NCBI GenBank assembly: GCA_023245565.1
Contig: JAHFKB010000002.1
Location: forward strand, 2,534 to 44,879
Origin: an archaeon
GTDB taxonomy: Archaea > Nanobdellota > Nanobdellia > SCGC-AAA011-G17 > GW2011-AR18
Length of the DNA: 42,346 nt
Direction: 5' to 3'
The translations under genes were made by a program, and so were the position numbers. The number at the start of each line of letters is the position of its first letter. Position 1 is the first letter of the stretch. The notes beneath the pieces were generated by a model, which searched no databases, was not told where the DNA came from, and saw only the letters and a program-made list of their open reading frames with translations. This document shows positions 9,033 to 18,062 of the stretch, piece by piece.

Positions 9033-9380
9033 ATGGAAAAATTTGATAGGAAAAAATTTGATTTAGAAACTGAACAAGGAACTATAATTAGGGGAGTAAT
9101 TTATACAGAGAAACCTTCATTTAATTATACAGAATTATTAAAATTGAAAGATAAAAACGAAGAGATTAAAAAATTAAAGATCTTAAGAAATAAACTTTGT
9201 TTAGAGCTGAGAATAAATAAACAAGACATATTAATTGATGAAGTAAATTATAAATTATGGACTTCTAGGAGAATAATATTAAGACATAAACAAGAAATTA
9301 AATCTAGGAACTTAATACCTGCTATTATAGAATCAAGTAAAGATAAAGAAGAATTAGAAATTGAAATAGAATATTTATAA
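9033..9380 (+). CDS. Hypothetical protein
   Basis: 115-aa Lys/Glu-rich ORF. No motif recognised. Confidence 0.4.
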   Translation: MEKFDRKKFDLETEQGTIIRGVIYTEKPSFNYTELLKLKDKNEEIKKLKILRNKLCLELRINKQDILIDEVNYKLWTSRRIILRHKQEIKSRNLIPAIIESSKDKEELEIEIEYL

Positions 9381-9692
9381 TTATTTTTCTAATAAATTAA
9401 TTTCAATATTAACACCTTTTGGTAAAGGAACTCTCATTACTAACCTTAAAGCTCTTTCATCTACACCTAAGTCTATTAATCTCTTATGAACTCTCATTTC
9501 ATATCTATCAAAACTAGCTTTACCATCACCGCAAGGACATTTTCTTGTTGTAATTTTTAATTTTTTAGTTGGTAAAGGTATTGGGCCTTTAATTGCAGTA
9601 TTAGTTTTTTTAGCTATCTCTACTATAGAATTAACTACATCATTTAATAAACCTATTTCAGCACTTGCTAATTTTATTCTTGCTTTTTGCAT
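9381..9692 (-). CDS. rps10: 30S ribosomal protein uS10
   Basis: ARIKLAS...KGPIPLPTKKL...RKCPCGDGKASFDRYEMRVHKRLIDL matches archaeal S10. TATA-like CTTTAAAAA about 25 nt upstream and no SD. Confidence 0.9.
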   Translation of the reverse strand: MQKARIKLASAEIGLLNDVVNSIVEIAKKTNTAIKGPIPLPTKKLKITTRKCPCGDGKASFDRYEMRVHKRLIDLGVDERALRLVMRVPLPKGVNIEINLLEK

Positions 9693-9801
9693 AGTTAAAT
9701 GAAAAAGATAAGTGTTTTTAAAGCTTTCTTAGTTGTAAAACCTAATATTTTATTTAGAAAATTTATATTATTTAGTATTATTAATAAGTAATAAACATTA
9801 A

Positions 9802-10209
9802 TTATCTATCTCTTAATCTATAACCAGTTGAAAAACCTACAGAATTATAATCAAACATAGTTTTTATCTTTCCCATATTGTTTGGTTTTTCTAACATTTC
9901 AATTATTTCCACCCAACAACCAAAACCTTCTTGTCTATCTAGAATTAATCTTTCAAGAATCTCTTCTCTTGTACCTTCAGAAAATTGTGTCCTTGCGTAT
10001 ATTTTATCAAAATTTAAAGATAAACTGCCAGGAACAGAATTATTAATAAATAAAAGCCCTTGGAATTTAACTTCCATTATAGGTTCATATCCTTTTCTGC
10101 TTGATTGTTTTCCTAATGGAAATAAATTCAAAATTATTCTTCTTAGTTCTTGAGCAGAATAAAATTTTGTGGGTTCTATAATTTTCTGAAAATCTGTTAT
10201 TAATTCCAT
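9802..10209 (-). CDS. Hypothetical protein inserted between tuf and rps10
   Basis: 135-aa ORF with its own AT-rich upstream region. No motif recognised. Confidence 0.45.
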   Translation of the reverse strand: MELITDFQKIIEPTKFYSAQELRRIILNLFPLGKQSSRKGYEPIMEVKFQGLLFINNSVPGSLSLNFDKIYARTQFSEGTREEILERLILDRQEGFGCWVEIIEMLEKPNNMGKIKTMFDYNSVGFSTGYRLRDR

Positions 10210-10285
10210 AAACTTTAAACAAGAAAATCATTTATAAACTTTTATAATAATATAATAATAAATAATAAAGAAAAAAAGAAGTAAT

Positions 10286-11566
10286 TTACTTCTTAACGTA
10301 ATCAATACACATACCAGCAGCAACAGTTTGACCTGCATCTCTTACTGCAAATCTACTCATTTGTGGTATTTCTTTTTGTTTTTCAATTACTAAAGGTTTT
10401 GTAGGCCTAATTACTACAACAGCTGCATCACCATTCTTTAACATATCTGGATTTTCTTGTGCAACTTGACCTGTAGCAGGATCTAATTTTTTTAGTAATT
10501 TAACAAATTGACATGCTACTTGAGCTGTGTGTATATGAAATACTGGAGTGTATCCTACAGTTAAAACAGTTGGATGATTTAGTACAACTATTTGTGCTGT
10601 GAATTCAGTTACAACAGTTGGTGGACTAGCTTCATGTCCAACTACATCTCCTCTTGCTATGTCTTTTTTGTTTACTCCTCTAACTGAGAATCCTACGTTA
10701 TCACCAGGTTCAGCCATTTGAACTTGTTCATGGTGCATTTCAATTGTTTTAACTTCTCCTTTTACACCAACGCCTTCTCTACCTGGAGTTATTAAAACTT
10801 TATCTCCAACTTTCATAATACCAGTTTCTACTCTACCAACTGGAACTACTCCAATACCTGTGATGTTGTATACATCTTGTAAAGGAAGTCTTAATGGTAA
10901 ATTTGTTGGTTTTTCAGGAGGATTAAACATATCTATTTGTTCTACAACAGTAGGTCCTGTATACCAAGCCATATTAGTGCTTTTCTTAACAATATTATCG
11001 CCTAAGAAAGAAGCAGCTGGAATAAATTTAACTTGATCTGGTTTATAACCTACAGACTTTAATAAGTTAGTTATATCAGCTTTAACTTGATTAAATTTAG
11101 CTTCATCAAACTTAATTACATCCATTTTATTTACTATTACACATAATTGGTTTACACCAAATGTTTTTAGTAAGAATACATGTTCTTTAGTTTGAGCCAT
11201 TACTCCATCTGGAGCAGCTACAACTAAAAAAGCTACATCAGCTTGAGAAGCTCCTGTAATCATGTTTTTAATAAAATCTCTGTGACCTGGAGCATCAATA
11301 ATTGTACATTCATATTTTCCTGTAACAAACTTTTTATGACTTAAATCAATTGTAACTCCTCTTTCTCTTTCTTCTTTAAGATTATCCATAACAAAAGCAA
11401 ACTCAAAACCTGCTTTACCAAGTTGTTGAGCCATTTCTTTTAATTTTCTCATCTCTTGTTCAGGAATTACACCTGCATCATACATAAGTCTACCAACTGT
11501 AGTACTTTTTCCGTGATCTACGTGACCTACGAATACAACATTTAAATGTGGTTTTAGCTTAGCCAT
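10286..11566 (-). CDS. tuf: Translation elongation factor EF-1 alpha
   Basis: [17 protein letters not shown] and NKMD G-motifs. Overall archaeal aEF-1A sequence, 426 aa. Confidence 0.95.
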   Translation of the reverse strand: MAKLKPHLNVVFVGHVDHGKSTTVGRLMYDAGVIPEQEMRKLKEMAQQLGKAGFEFAFVMDNLKEERERGVTIDLSHKKFVTGKYECTIIDAPGHRDFIKNMITGASQADVAFLVVAAPDGVMAQTKEHVFLLKTFGVNQLCVIVNKMDVIKFDEAKFNQVKADITNLLKSVGYKPDQVKFIPAASFLGDNIVKKSTNMAWYTGPTVVEQIDMFNPPEKPTNLPLRLPLQDVYNITGIGVVPVGRVETGIMKVGDKVLITPGREGVGVKGEVKTIEMHHEQVQMAEPGDNVGFSVRGVNKKDIARGDVVGHEASPPTVVTEFTAQIVVLNHPTVLTVGYTPVFHIHTAQVACQFVKLLKKLDPATGQVAQENPDMLKNGDAAVVVIRPTKPLVIEKQKEIPQMSRFAVRDAGQTVAAGMCIDYVKK

Positions 11567-11703
11567 CTTTGAATATTCCCCCGTTAATTGAATAAAACTT
11601 GGATCTTGAAGGTATTTATAAAGTTTACGCTAGAATTAGTGTTTTGAAAGATTATTTCATAGTTTAAAGATATATTTATTAATTATAAAATTTTTATAAG
11701 ACT

Positions 11704-12141
11704 ATGAAGACTAAAGTAGAAGAAATAACTTTAACATCTAAAGGAAATAGTATAGAAGGTGCTTTTTCTAAAATTGCTTTATCAATGTTTGAGATAGTTA
11801 TTAATCCTTCAGATATAGAATTAAAAGTTACAAAAACTGTTATTATAAGATCTAGAGATCTAAAGAATTTATTATTTCAATTTTTAAAAAGATTATTTGA
11901 TCTTGCAAATGGAGAATTATTTGTTTTGGGTATAGTTAAACAAATTACTATAGAACAAATTTCTAGTGAATATTTATTAAATTCTGTATTAATTGGTGAT
12001 AAAATGCAAGCTAATTATGAAGTAAAGGACATAGTTAAACAAATTACTGATAGAAATATTATTGTTAAAGAAGAAAGAGATGGTGTTTTAACTCAAATTA
12101 ATATTGTGGTTGAAAGAAGGAATATAAAAGATGAAGTATAA
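11704..12141 (+). CDS. Divergent archease-like protein lacking the N-terminal HTAD motif
   Basis: Aligns by eye with the downstream archease (SIEGAFSKIALSMFEIV vs TLEKVFENSALALEEIM; LKNLLFQFLKRLF vs EESLLYDFLSELI). It has EEITL where the archease has HTADI. It overlaps the next gene by 11 nt. Confidence 0.5.
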   Translation: MKTKVEEITLTSKGNSIEGAFSKIALSMFEIVINPSDIELKVTKTVIIRSRDLKNLLFQFLKRLFDLANGELFVLGIVKQITIEQISSEYLLNSVLIGDKMQANYEVKDIVKQITDRNIIVKEERDGVLTQINIVVERRNIKDEV

Positions 12142-12553
12142 ATTTTTTCCACATACTGCTGATATTATTTTTGAAGGTTATGGTAAAACTTTAGAAAAAG
12201 TTTTTGAAAATTCTGCATTAGCATTAGAAGAAATTATGGTTGATTTAGAAAGTTTAGATAAAAAAGAAACTTATCAATTAGTTTTATTTTCTAAAGATGA
12301 AGAAAGTTTGCTTTATGATTTTTTATCTGAACTTATTTTTATAAAAGATACAGAAGGTTTATTGTTTAAAGAATTTGATATTGTGATATTACATAAAAAT
12401 AAACAATATGAATTGATTGCTAAATGTGAAGGCGATAATATAAATTCTGATAAACAAAAATTAGGAGATGATGCGAAAGCAATAACTTTACATGAATTTT
12501 CATTAAAAAAAGAAAAAGGTAAATGGACTTCAAGGGTTTTAGTTGATATTTAA
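12131..12553 (+). CDS. Archease
   Basis: N-terminal FPHTADIIFEGYGKTLEKVFENSALAL and C-terminal KAITLHEFSL blocks typical of archease. 140 aa. Confidence 0.8.
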   Translation: MKYKFFPHTADIIFEGYGKTLEKVFENSALALEEIMVDLESLDKKETYQLVLFSKDEESLLYDFLSELIFIKDTEGLLFKEFDIVILHKNKQYELIAKCEGDNINSDKQKLGDDAKAITLHEFSLKKEKGKWTSRVLVDI

Positions 12554-13858
12554 TTATTTATGTCTAGCTTGAATTCTTATTTTGTATTTTTCATATTTTT
12601 GTGCTAGAGGATTTTTTCCTGGTCTTATTCTTACTAATTTATTTCCTTCACCAACATATGCTGAAAAACGTCTTGTATAATCTTTATGTTTATTAAAAAA
12701 TCTATCAAAGGTTTTATCTAAAGTTTCATTTCCTGGATTACATTCAAACCAATCTATTTCTTTACCAACACTTAATCTTGAACATGTTCCTAGTGGCATT
12801 ATTTTTTCTTTAGTTGGAATTATTGTTAGTTTAGTTTTGACCTCTTCAGGTTTTTTTAGATCTTCTGGTTTATTTAAATCTGGTAACTGAATTAAGTCTG
12901 GTTGTGAATGTCCTAAATCTAAATTATTTAAATTAGAAACTTTGTTTTCTAATTTTTGATGATTATATTTTGAAAAAAATATACTACCAAATCCAACTAA
13001 ACCCACAATAGTTAAACCAGAAACAACCGCGTGTCTTCTTGTATCGTTAACTAAAACTATGTTTTCTTTTCTTATTAATTCATGATTTAATAAAACTTTA
13101 TCTTTAGGTATTCTTAAGTCTGTGTGTGAAACAAAATCTGTTTTTTTATCTGAACTATAACAATATACTCTAACATCTCTTAAATGATAATGATCTTTTT
13201 CTTCAGTAATGCTTTTTGCTAAAACTTGAGTTACATTTACTGAACCAGGATCAATACCACGATCTAAATATGCAGGTGAATCTAAAAATCCAACTAAAAA
13301 ATTGCCTGGTTTTTTAATTAAATATCCTTGTTTTTGAGTAATTTTTATTGGTGCCCAAACTTTCTCTGTTTTAAAATAACCTTCTAGACCAGTTCCTTTT
13401 TTTTCAGTAGTAAATCCAAAATATTCTCTTTTTAATCCAAGTTCATTTGCTAAATCTAATTTTTTTATTGGATCATCAATAAAATCTTGATTAATTTTCA
13501 TTCCTTCTAATCTTATTTCATAATTTCTATTTTTATTTTCACAATAAAGTTCACTACCTTTCTCAAAAATAAATCTCCCATTTATTGAATAAATTAGATT
13601 ATGATCTTTATTGTCATAACGCACTAATTTTATTCTATCATTACCTATAATAAAACCCTTAACTTTTGTAATTCCTCTTTCAAGGTGTTTATTATTTATT
13701 GATTTATAAATTTGTGATCCCATATATTCTAAATAACCAAAACTACCAGAATCTAAACTCTTTCTTGGATCTATTATTGATTCACCTGCTAAATATAATT
13801 CTAAAGTATCTGACATTTCAATAGTTTTATGTCTTCCTATATCTTTTCTTTCTTCCAT
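12554..13858 (-). CDS. Hypothetical single-pass membrane protein (paralog A)
   Basis: One TM helix (VVSGLTIVGLVGFGSIFF), a linker with LPDLNKPEDLKKPEE, and a basic ~90-aa C-terminal domain with two Cys. Shares this architecture with the upstream gene. Confidence 0.5.
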   Translation of the reverse strand: MEERKDIGRHKTIEMSDTLELYLAGESIIDPRKSLDSGSFGYLEYMGSQIYKSINNKHLERGITKVKGFIIGNDRIKLVRYDNKDHNLIYSINGRFIFEKGSELYCENKNRNYEIRLEGMKINQDFIDDPIKKLDLANELGLKREYFGFTTEKKGTGLEGYFKTEKVWAPIKITQKQGYLIKKPGNFLVGFLDSPAYLDRGIDPGSVNVTQVLAKSITEEKDHYHLRDVRVYCYSSDKKTDFVSHTDLRIPKDKVLLNHELIRKENIVLVNDTRRHAVVSGLTIVGLVGFGSIFFSKYNHQKLENKVSNLNNLDLGHSQPDLIQLPDLNKPEDLKKPEEVKTKLTIIPTKEKIMPLGTCSRLSVGKEIDWFECNPGNETLDKTFDRFFNKHKDYTRRFSAYVGEGNKLVRIRPGKNPLAQKYEKYKIRIQARHK

Positions 13859-13864
13859 TTTAAT

Positions 13865-14995
13865 TTATCTCTTGGCTTTTATTAAATAATATTTATTTTT
13901 TGAATGTTTTTTATCTCCTTTTCCACGTACTTTTATATTTTTTAATTTATATTTTGGATTTTCTTCTATAAATCTTTTACGTGCTTCTTTTGGAGAATAA
14001 CTTTCTCTTGGACACCAATATAAATCTTCATTTCCAGATTTTCTATTAAACTCACAATATTTTCCAGACTTTTCTGTTAATTTAATAATAGGTTTTGGAG
14101 CTTTAACTTTTTCTTCTAATTTATTAGCCATATCTATAGTTTGTATCATATCTGCTGGGCCACTAATGTCTGAAGGTTTATTTAGATCAACAGACTTTGG
14201 AATATTAATTAATAAATCTTGATTATTGTTATTTGCTGGGGCATTATGATAAATTCCTAATCCTGCACAAATAATAAGTCCTGCTCCTGTAGCTCCACCA
14301 ATAAAATAAACTTTTTTTGGAATTGATTTTGATATTTGAACATCTTTATCTTTTAAATATTCTATGTCAAAGAAAATTTCTTTAAGATCATCAAATGGTT
14401 GATCTCTAAAATTCAAGGCTGTATGTCTAATTCCTCGACTTTCAATTTGATAAGTTCCAGAAACCAAATAAATATTAAAATTATCATTATGTTCTACTTT
14501 AATTTTATTAATTAGTACTGGTCCTATTTTACAATTTTCTTGTAATTCTAATCTATTTCTAAAAGCTTTTTCTTCAATTATTCCAATTTGATGATTTTCT
14601 TTTAGACCTTTATAATTCATAGGTATAAAATCTTTATCATAATCATTTATTTTTTCATGAGGATTAATTACATTAAATGCTGATGAAGGTACTATATAGG
14701 TTTTATATTTTTTATAAGCTGTAGATGAATTTTCTGATCCTAATTCTTGTTGTTGAAATTCAACACAACCAGATAATGTATATAAAACACCAACACCAAT
14801 TTTATATCCAGAAATTTTTGCTTCTTTAATTAATAATTTACTATCACCTAAATTTATTTCAGGTATTCCATCTAATATATTTTCTAGACCTCCTTCTAAA
14901 TAAATATTTCCCACTCTAAATTGATCTTTATTTGGAATATTTTGTTCATCAAAATTTCCTATATAGAGTGGTATTTGTTTCATTTCTCTACCCAA
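13865..14995 (-). CDS. Hypothetical single-pass membrane protein (paralog B)
   Basis: One TM helix (VYFIGGATGAGLIICAGLGIY), a linker with VDLNKPSDISGP, and a basic C-terminal domain with two Cys (YCEF...DLYWCP). Confidence 0.5.
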   Translation of the reverse strand: MGREMKQIPLYIGNFDEQNIPNKDQFRVGNIYLEGGLENILDGIPEINLGDSKLLIKEAKISGYKIGVGVLYTLSGCVEFQQQELGSENSSTAYKKYKTYIVPSSAFNVINPHEKINDYDKDFIPMNYKGLKENHQIGIIEEKAFRNRLELQENCKIGPVLINKIKVEHNDNFNIYLVSGTYQIESRGIRHTALNFRDQPFDDLKEIFFDIEYLKDKDVQISKSIPKKVYFIGGATGAGLIICAGLGIYHNAPANNNNQDLLINIPKSVDLNKPSDISGPADMIQTIDMANKLEEKVKAPKPIIKLTEKSGKYCEFNRKSGNEDLYWCPRESYSPKEARKRFIEENPKYKLKNIKVRGKGDKKHSKNKYYLIKAKR

Positions 14996-15088
14996 TGATA
15001 GTAAAATACTTATAAATCTTTTGATTTTCTTATTAAGTTATTTTTCTACAGTAGTTACATAATAAACAATGTTTATATATGGGTTGAT

Positions 15089-15778
15089 TTGAAAATTTTT
15101 ATGGATTTGAGACAAGTTAATGGACATTATAGAATTGATGAAGTTTTAAAAAATTATGATTTAGTTTTAGTAGACAGTTGTTTTTTTAGTTACAAAACTA
15201 TGACTCATCCTGAAGGAAGACGTGTTTCTTTTGATGATATTGATATTAATGGAACAATTGATTCTTGGGAGAATTTATTAGGTTTAATTAGAGAACGTAA
15301 TCATCCTAATCCTTATATTTATTCAACTGCTGGTGTGAAAAAAGAATTATATAATTTCTTAAAGGCTTTAGGAAATTATACTAGATTTTATAATAGAATA
15401 AATTCTAATGGAAAATTTAATTCTTTGATAAAATTACAAAGTGATTTAAGTTCTTTAATAGGACTTTTGCCCATTTGTACTTGGCCAAGAGGAATTAAAA
15501 CTTCATTGGAAAATTCTGGATCTCAAACAGATAGGTCTTTAGTTGAAGCTTTATTAAATAATTCTATTGGTTATGAAAATGGAGAACAAGGGACAATTAT
15601 TACTAGAGATAGTGATATACTTTTTTTATATCGTGGAGCTATTTTAAATAGTGATGAAAATATTAGAAAAAGACTATTAGAAAAAAGTTCTATACATTGG
15701 TATTATCCAGATAGAGAGTTGGCATTAGAAAAGAGAACTTTAGATCCTGTAACTCATAGACTTTTAGGATTAAGATAA
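15089..15778 (+). CDS. Hypothetical protein, possibly PIN-like nuclease fold
   Basis: Four acidic positions in PIN-like order (LVLVDSCFF; VKKELYNF; TDRSLVEAL; IITRDSDILFL). The track start is TTG at 15089; the first ATG is at 15101. Confidence 0.4.
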   Translation: MKIFMDLRQVNGHYRIDEVLKNYDLVLVDSCFFSYKTMTHPEGRRVSFDDIDINGTIDSWENLLGLIRERNHPNPYIYSTAGVKKELYNFLKALGNYTRFYNRINSNGKFNSLIKLQSDLSSLIGLLPICTWPRGIKTSLENSGSQTDRSLVEALLNNSIGYENGEQGTIITRDSDILFLYRGAILNSDENIRKRLLEKSSIHWYYPDRELALEKRTLDPVTHRLLGLR

Positions 15779-15906
15779 TGCCTGAGTCTCAAACGTTCTT
15801 CACATCTGCTAATTAAAGCAAAGGTTCTGTTTATATCATTGACCCAAGCTTTTGTGCAATACTATTTATTAGTTGGATAAGATTAAAAAGTTTTTTATTT
15901 TGAAAA

Positions 15907-16821
15907 TTATTCTTTTTTAAAACCCTGATATGCTTTAGAAACTTTTTGTGACCAGAAACTTGGCAAAGAATTTGAAATAAAACCTCTGTAATCATGAGAG
16001 TAAATATATGCTAAGCCTTTCTCTTCTTTTAATTCATCAAATTGTTCTTGAACTTCTTCATAAATATCTTTTATTTTTTTTCTTTCAAAATCTTTTTGTA
16101 ATAAGGAAGATGGTTTTAATATTAGGAAATCTGCTTGTCTAATTGCATTTATTTCTATATTTGCAGAATTTTGAGAAATAAATAAAACTGAAAGATCTTT
16201 ATGCCTTGCAACTAATAAAAGGTTTGTCAAAAATTTATTTTTATCAGACATACTTTCTCTTGAGGAAAATTCTATACCAGATTCATCTGCCAATAATGCA
16301 GAACCATTATCTACATCATCAATAGATTCAATTACATTAATCCAAGTTGGTAGATCATTAGCATTAAATCCTAAAGCATAAATTTTTTTATTTGTTTTTA
16401 ATTTAAATTGTTCTAGTAAACACATACCTATAGCAGATTTACCAGTTCCTCTTGCACCAAGAATTATTCCTATTGTTGAATTTGAAGTAAATACTTTTTC
16501 TAAAAATTTATTAAAATCTCCTTGCTTTGTTTTAAGAATTTTAAAATCTATTGGTTCTGGATCATTTTTTATCTTTCCTTTTTTAACTTCAATTTTTTCT
16601 TCTTTAACTTCTTTATTTTCTGATTCTTCATTATTTTTAATTTCTTTATTATCTTGAGCTTTAGTTTTTTTATTTTTTATTTTTTTAATAATGTAAGCTA
16701 TTCCTAAATAAATACCTTTGAATATGTAAAATACTCCTAAAAAAATATAGTAAAATAACTTGTAAATTAATTTTGAGATGAATTTTATTACTTTTACAGA
16801 CTTACTCTTTCTTTTTGGCAT
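15907..16821 (-). CDS. Membrane-anchored P-loop NTPase (Zot/pI-like sequence pattern)
   Basis: N-terminal hydrophobic hairpin, then a Lys/Glu linker. Walker A GARGTGKS, Walker B ALLADESG, then RHKDLSVLFISQN resembling the RH-x-G-x-D...TQ block of Zot-type ATPases. Confidence 0.6.
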   Translation of the reverse strand: MPKRKSKSVKVIKFISKLIYKLFYYIFLGVFYIFKGIYLGIAYIIKKIKNKKTKAQDNKEIKNNEESENKEVKEEKIEVKKGKIKNDPEPIDFKILKTKQGDFNKFLEKVFTSNSTIGIILGARGTGKSAIGMCLLEQFKLKTNKKIYALGFNANDLPTWINVIESIDDVDNGSALLADESGIEFSSRESMSDKNKFLTNLLLVARHKDLSVLFISQNSANIEINAIRQADFLILKPSSLLQKDFERKKIKDIYEEVQEQFDELKEEKGLAYIYSHDYRGFISNSLPSFWSQKVSKAYQGFKKE

Positions 16822-16878
16822 GATTATATGTTATTATTATTGTATTTAAAGTTTTATCTAAAATTATTAATGGTAAAT

Positions 16879-17418
16879 TTAATTAGAATTAATAAATCTG
16901 TGATAATTTCCATCAATAGATTTCTTAAATCCACTTCTTTTTGCAGTTACATTGTATAACATTTTACCATGATTGGTGGTATTAACAACTGGGTATCTAT
17001 TATTTTCTGCTGAAACTATTTCTACTTCTTTGATATTATTTTGTGGAGCCCATAAATTTACTGTGTAATAAACTAAAGCTCTTTCCCATTTAATTGGAGA
17101 TAAAAGTCTTATTTTATCTTCTATCCCTTGTATTTGTTTTATTTTTATTTTATCTAATGAAAGTTTATCAAAAGTTATAACTGCTATTGGTGTTATTTCA
17201 TATTTTAAAATAAAAGCTAATTTTCCATCAGGCCATATAGGAGAACTAGAAAATTCATAAGTAAATTCTAAATTTCTTGCTGTTTCATAATTAATATTAT
17301 ATTTATTTCTTTCATCTTCTTCTAAATTAGAACGCAAAAAATTAGGAATAACTAATTTTGTAAAATCTCTATCTATCTTCTTTAATTCAAAATCGTTTCC
17401 TCTAATTGCCCAGACCAT
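16879..17418 (-). CDS. Hypothetical protein, probably co-transcribed with the downstream ATPase
   Basis: 179-aa ORF 57 nt upstream of the ATPase gene on the same strand. No motif recognised. Confidence 0.45.
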   Translation of the reverse strand: MVWAIRGNDFELKKIDRDFTKLVIPNFLRSNLEEDERNKYNINYETARNLEFTYEFSSSPIWPDGKLAFILKYEITPIAVITFDKLSLDKIKIKQIQGIEDKIRLLSPIKWERALVYYTVNLWAPQNNIKEVEIVSAENNRYPVVNTTNHGKMLYNVTAKRSGFKKSIDGNYHRFINSN

Positions 17419-17520
17419 GAAATTTTTGCAATTTGTTTATTTATATATTTTACTAATGTTGTATCTTATTGGTGGTAAATGAAACGGAAGACTTATATAA
17501 GACATGCTTAAAACATTTTA

Positions 17521-18060
17521 ATGGTAAAATTAAAGATAAAAGGAAATGATTTTGATATTAAATTTACTACTAATTCAGCTTCTAGATATGCAACTCTTTT
17601 TAGAAATAAAATATTGTTCTCTTTAAAGAAAATTGGAGTTTCTCAAGATTATATTAAATTAAAAGAAGAAGTATTTCCTATGAGAAAAGCTGGTGCTGAA
17701 GTTTACTGGTATTTTAATGGATTTAATTTTTATTATGGTTATAGTAGAGAAGCAAAGTATGTTGATAATTTACAAATTATATCTAAACTTATAGAAATTG
17801 AAGTTGAAAAATTATTAAAAGGTACTATTAATTTTGATGATTTTCTTCATAATTTTAAAGAAGATGAAGACTTGAATGAAAAGAAAAAAGAAGCTAGGAA
17901 AACTTTAGAATTAGATGATAATGAAACTAATTTAGAAATTATAGATAAACAATTTAAAAAAATGGCTAAAGAAGCACATCCTGATATGGAAAATGGAAAT
18001 TCTGAAAAATTTAAAAAATTAAATGAAGCTCATAAAATTTTAAGAAAAGAACTTGAGTAA
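17521..18060 (+). CDS. J-domain protein (C-terminal DnaJ domain, unknown N-terminal domain)
   Basis: IDKQFKKMAKEAHPDMENGNSEKFKKLNEAHKIL contains the HPD tripeptide between helix II- and helix III-like segments. Confidence 0.7.
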   Translation: MVKLKIKGNDFDIKFTTNSASRYATLFRNKILFSLKKIGVSQDYIKLKEEVFPMRKAGAEVYWYFNGFNFYYGYSREAKYVDNLQIISKLIEIEVEKLLKGTINFDDFLHNFKEDEDLNEKKKEARKTLELDDNETNLEIIDKQFKKMAKEAHPDMENGNSEKFKKLNEAHKILRKELE

Positions 18061-18062
18061 AT

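Noticed and set aside
9878-10153. 91-aa plus-strand ORF
   Set aside because: It is nested antisense inside the longer 9802..10209 ORF. Neither has motifs, but the longer one has a promoter-like upstream element and fits the strand of the tuf-rps10 neighbourhood.
15779-15880. Less AT-rich intergenic patch downstream of the PIN-like gene. I considered a C/D-box sRNA, or read-through of the TAA stop (33 further sense codons follow in frame).
   Set aside because: On either strand the best C-box and D-box candidates (AATGATA, CTCA/CTGA) are imperfect and wrongly placed relative to each other. The in-frame extension has no recognisable sequence and could be chance.
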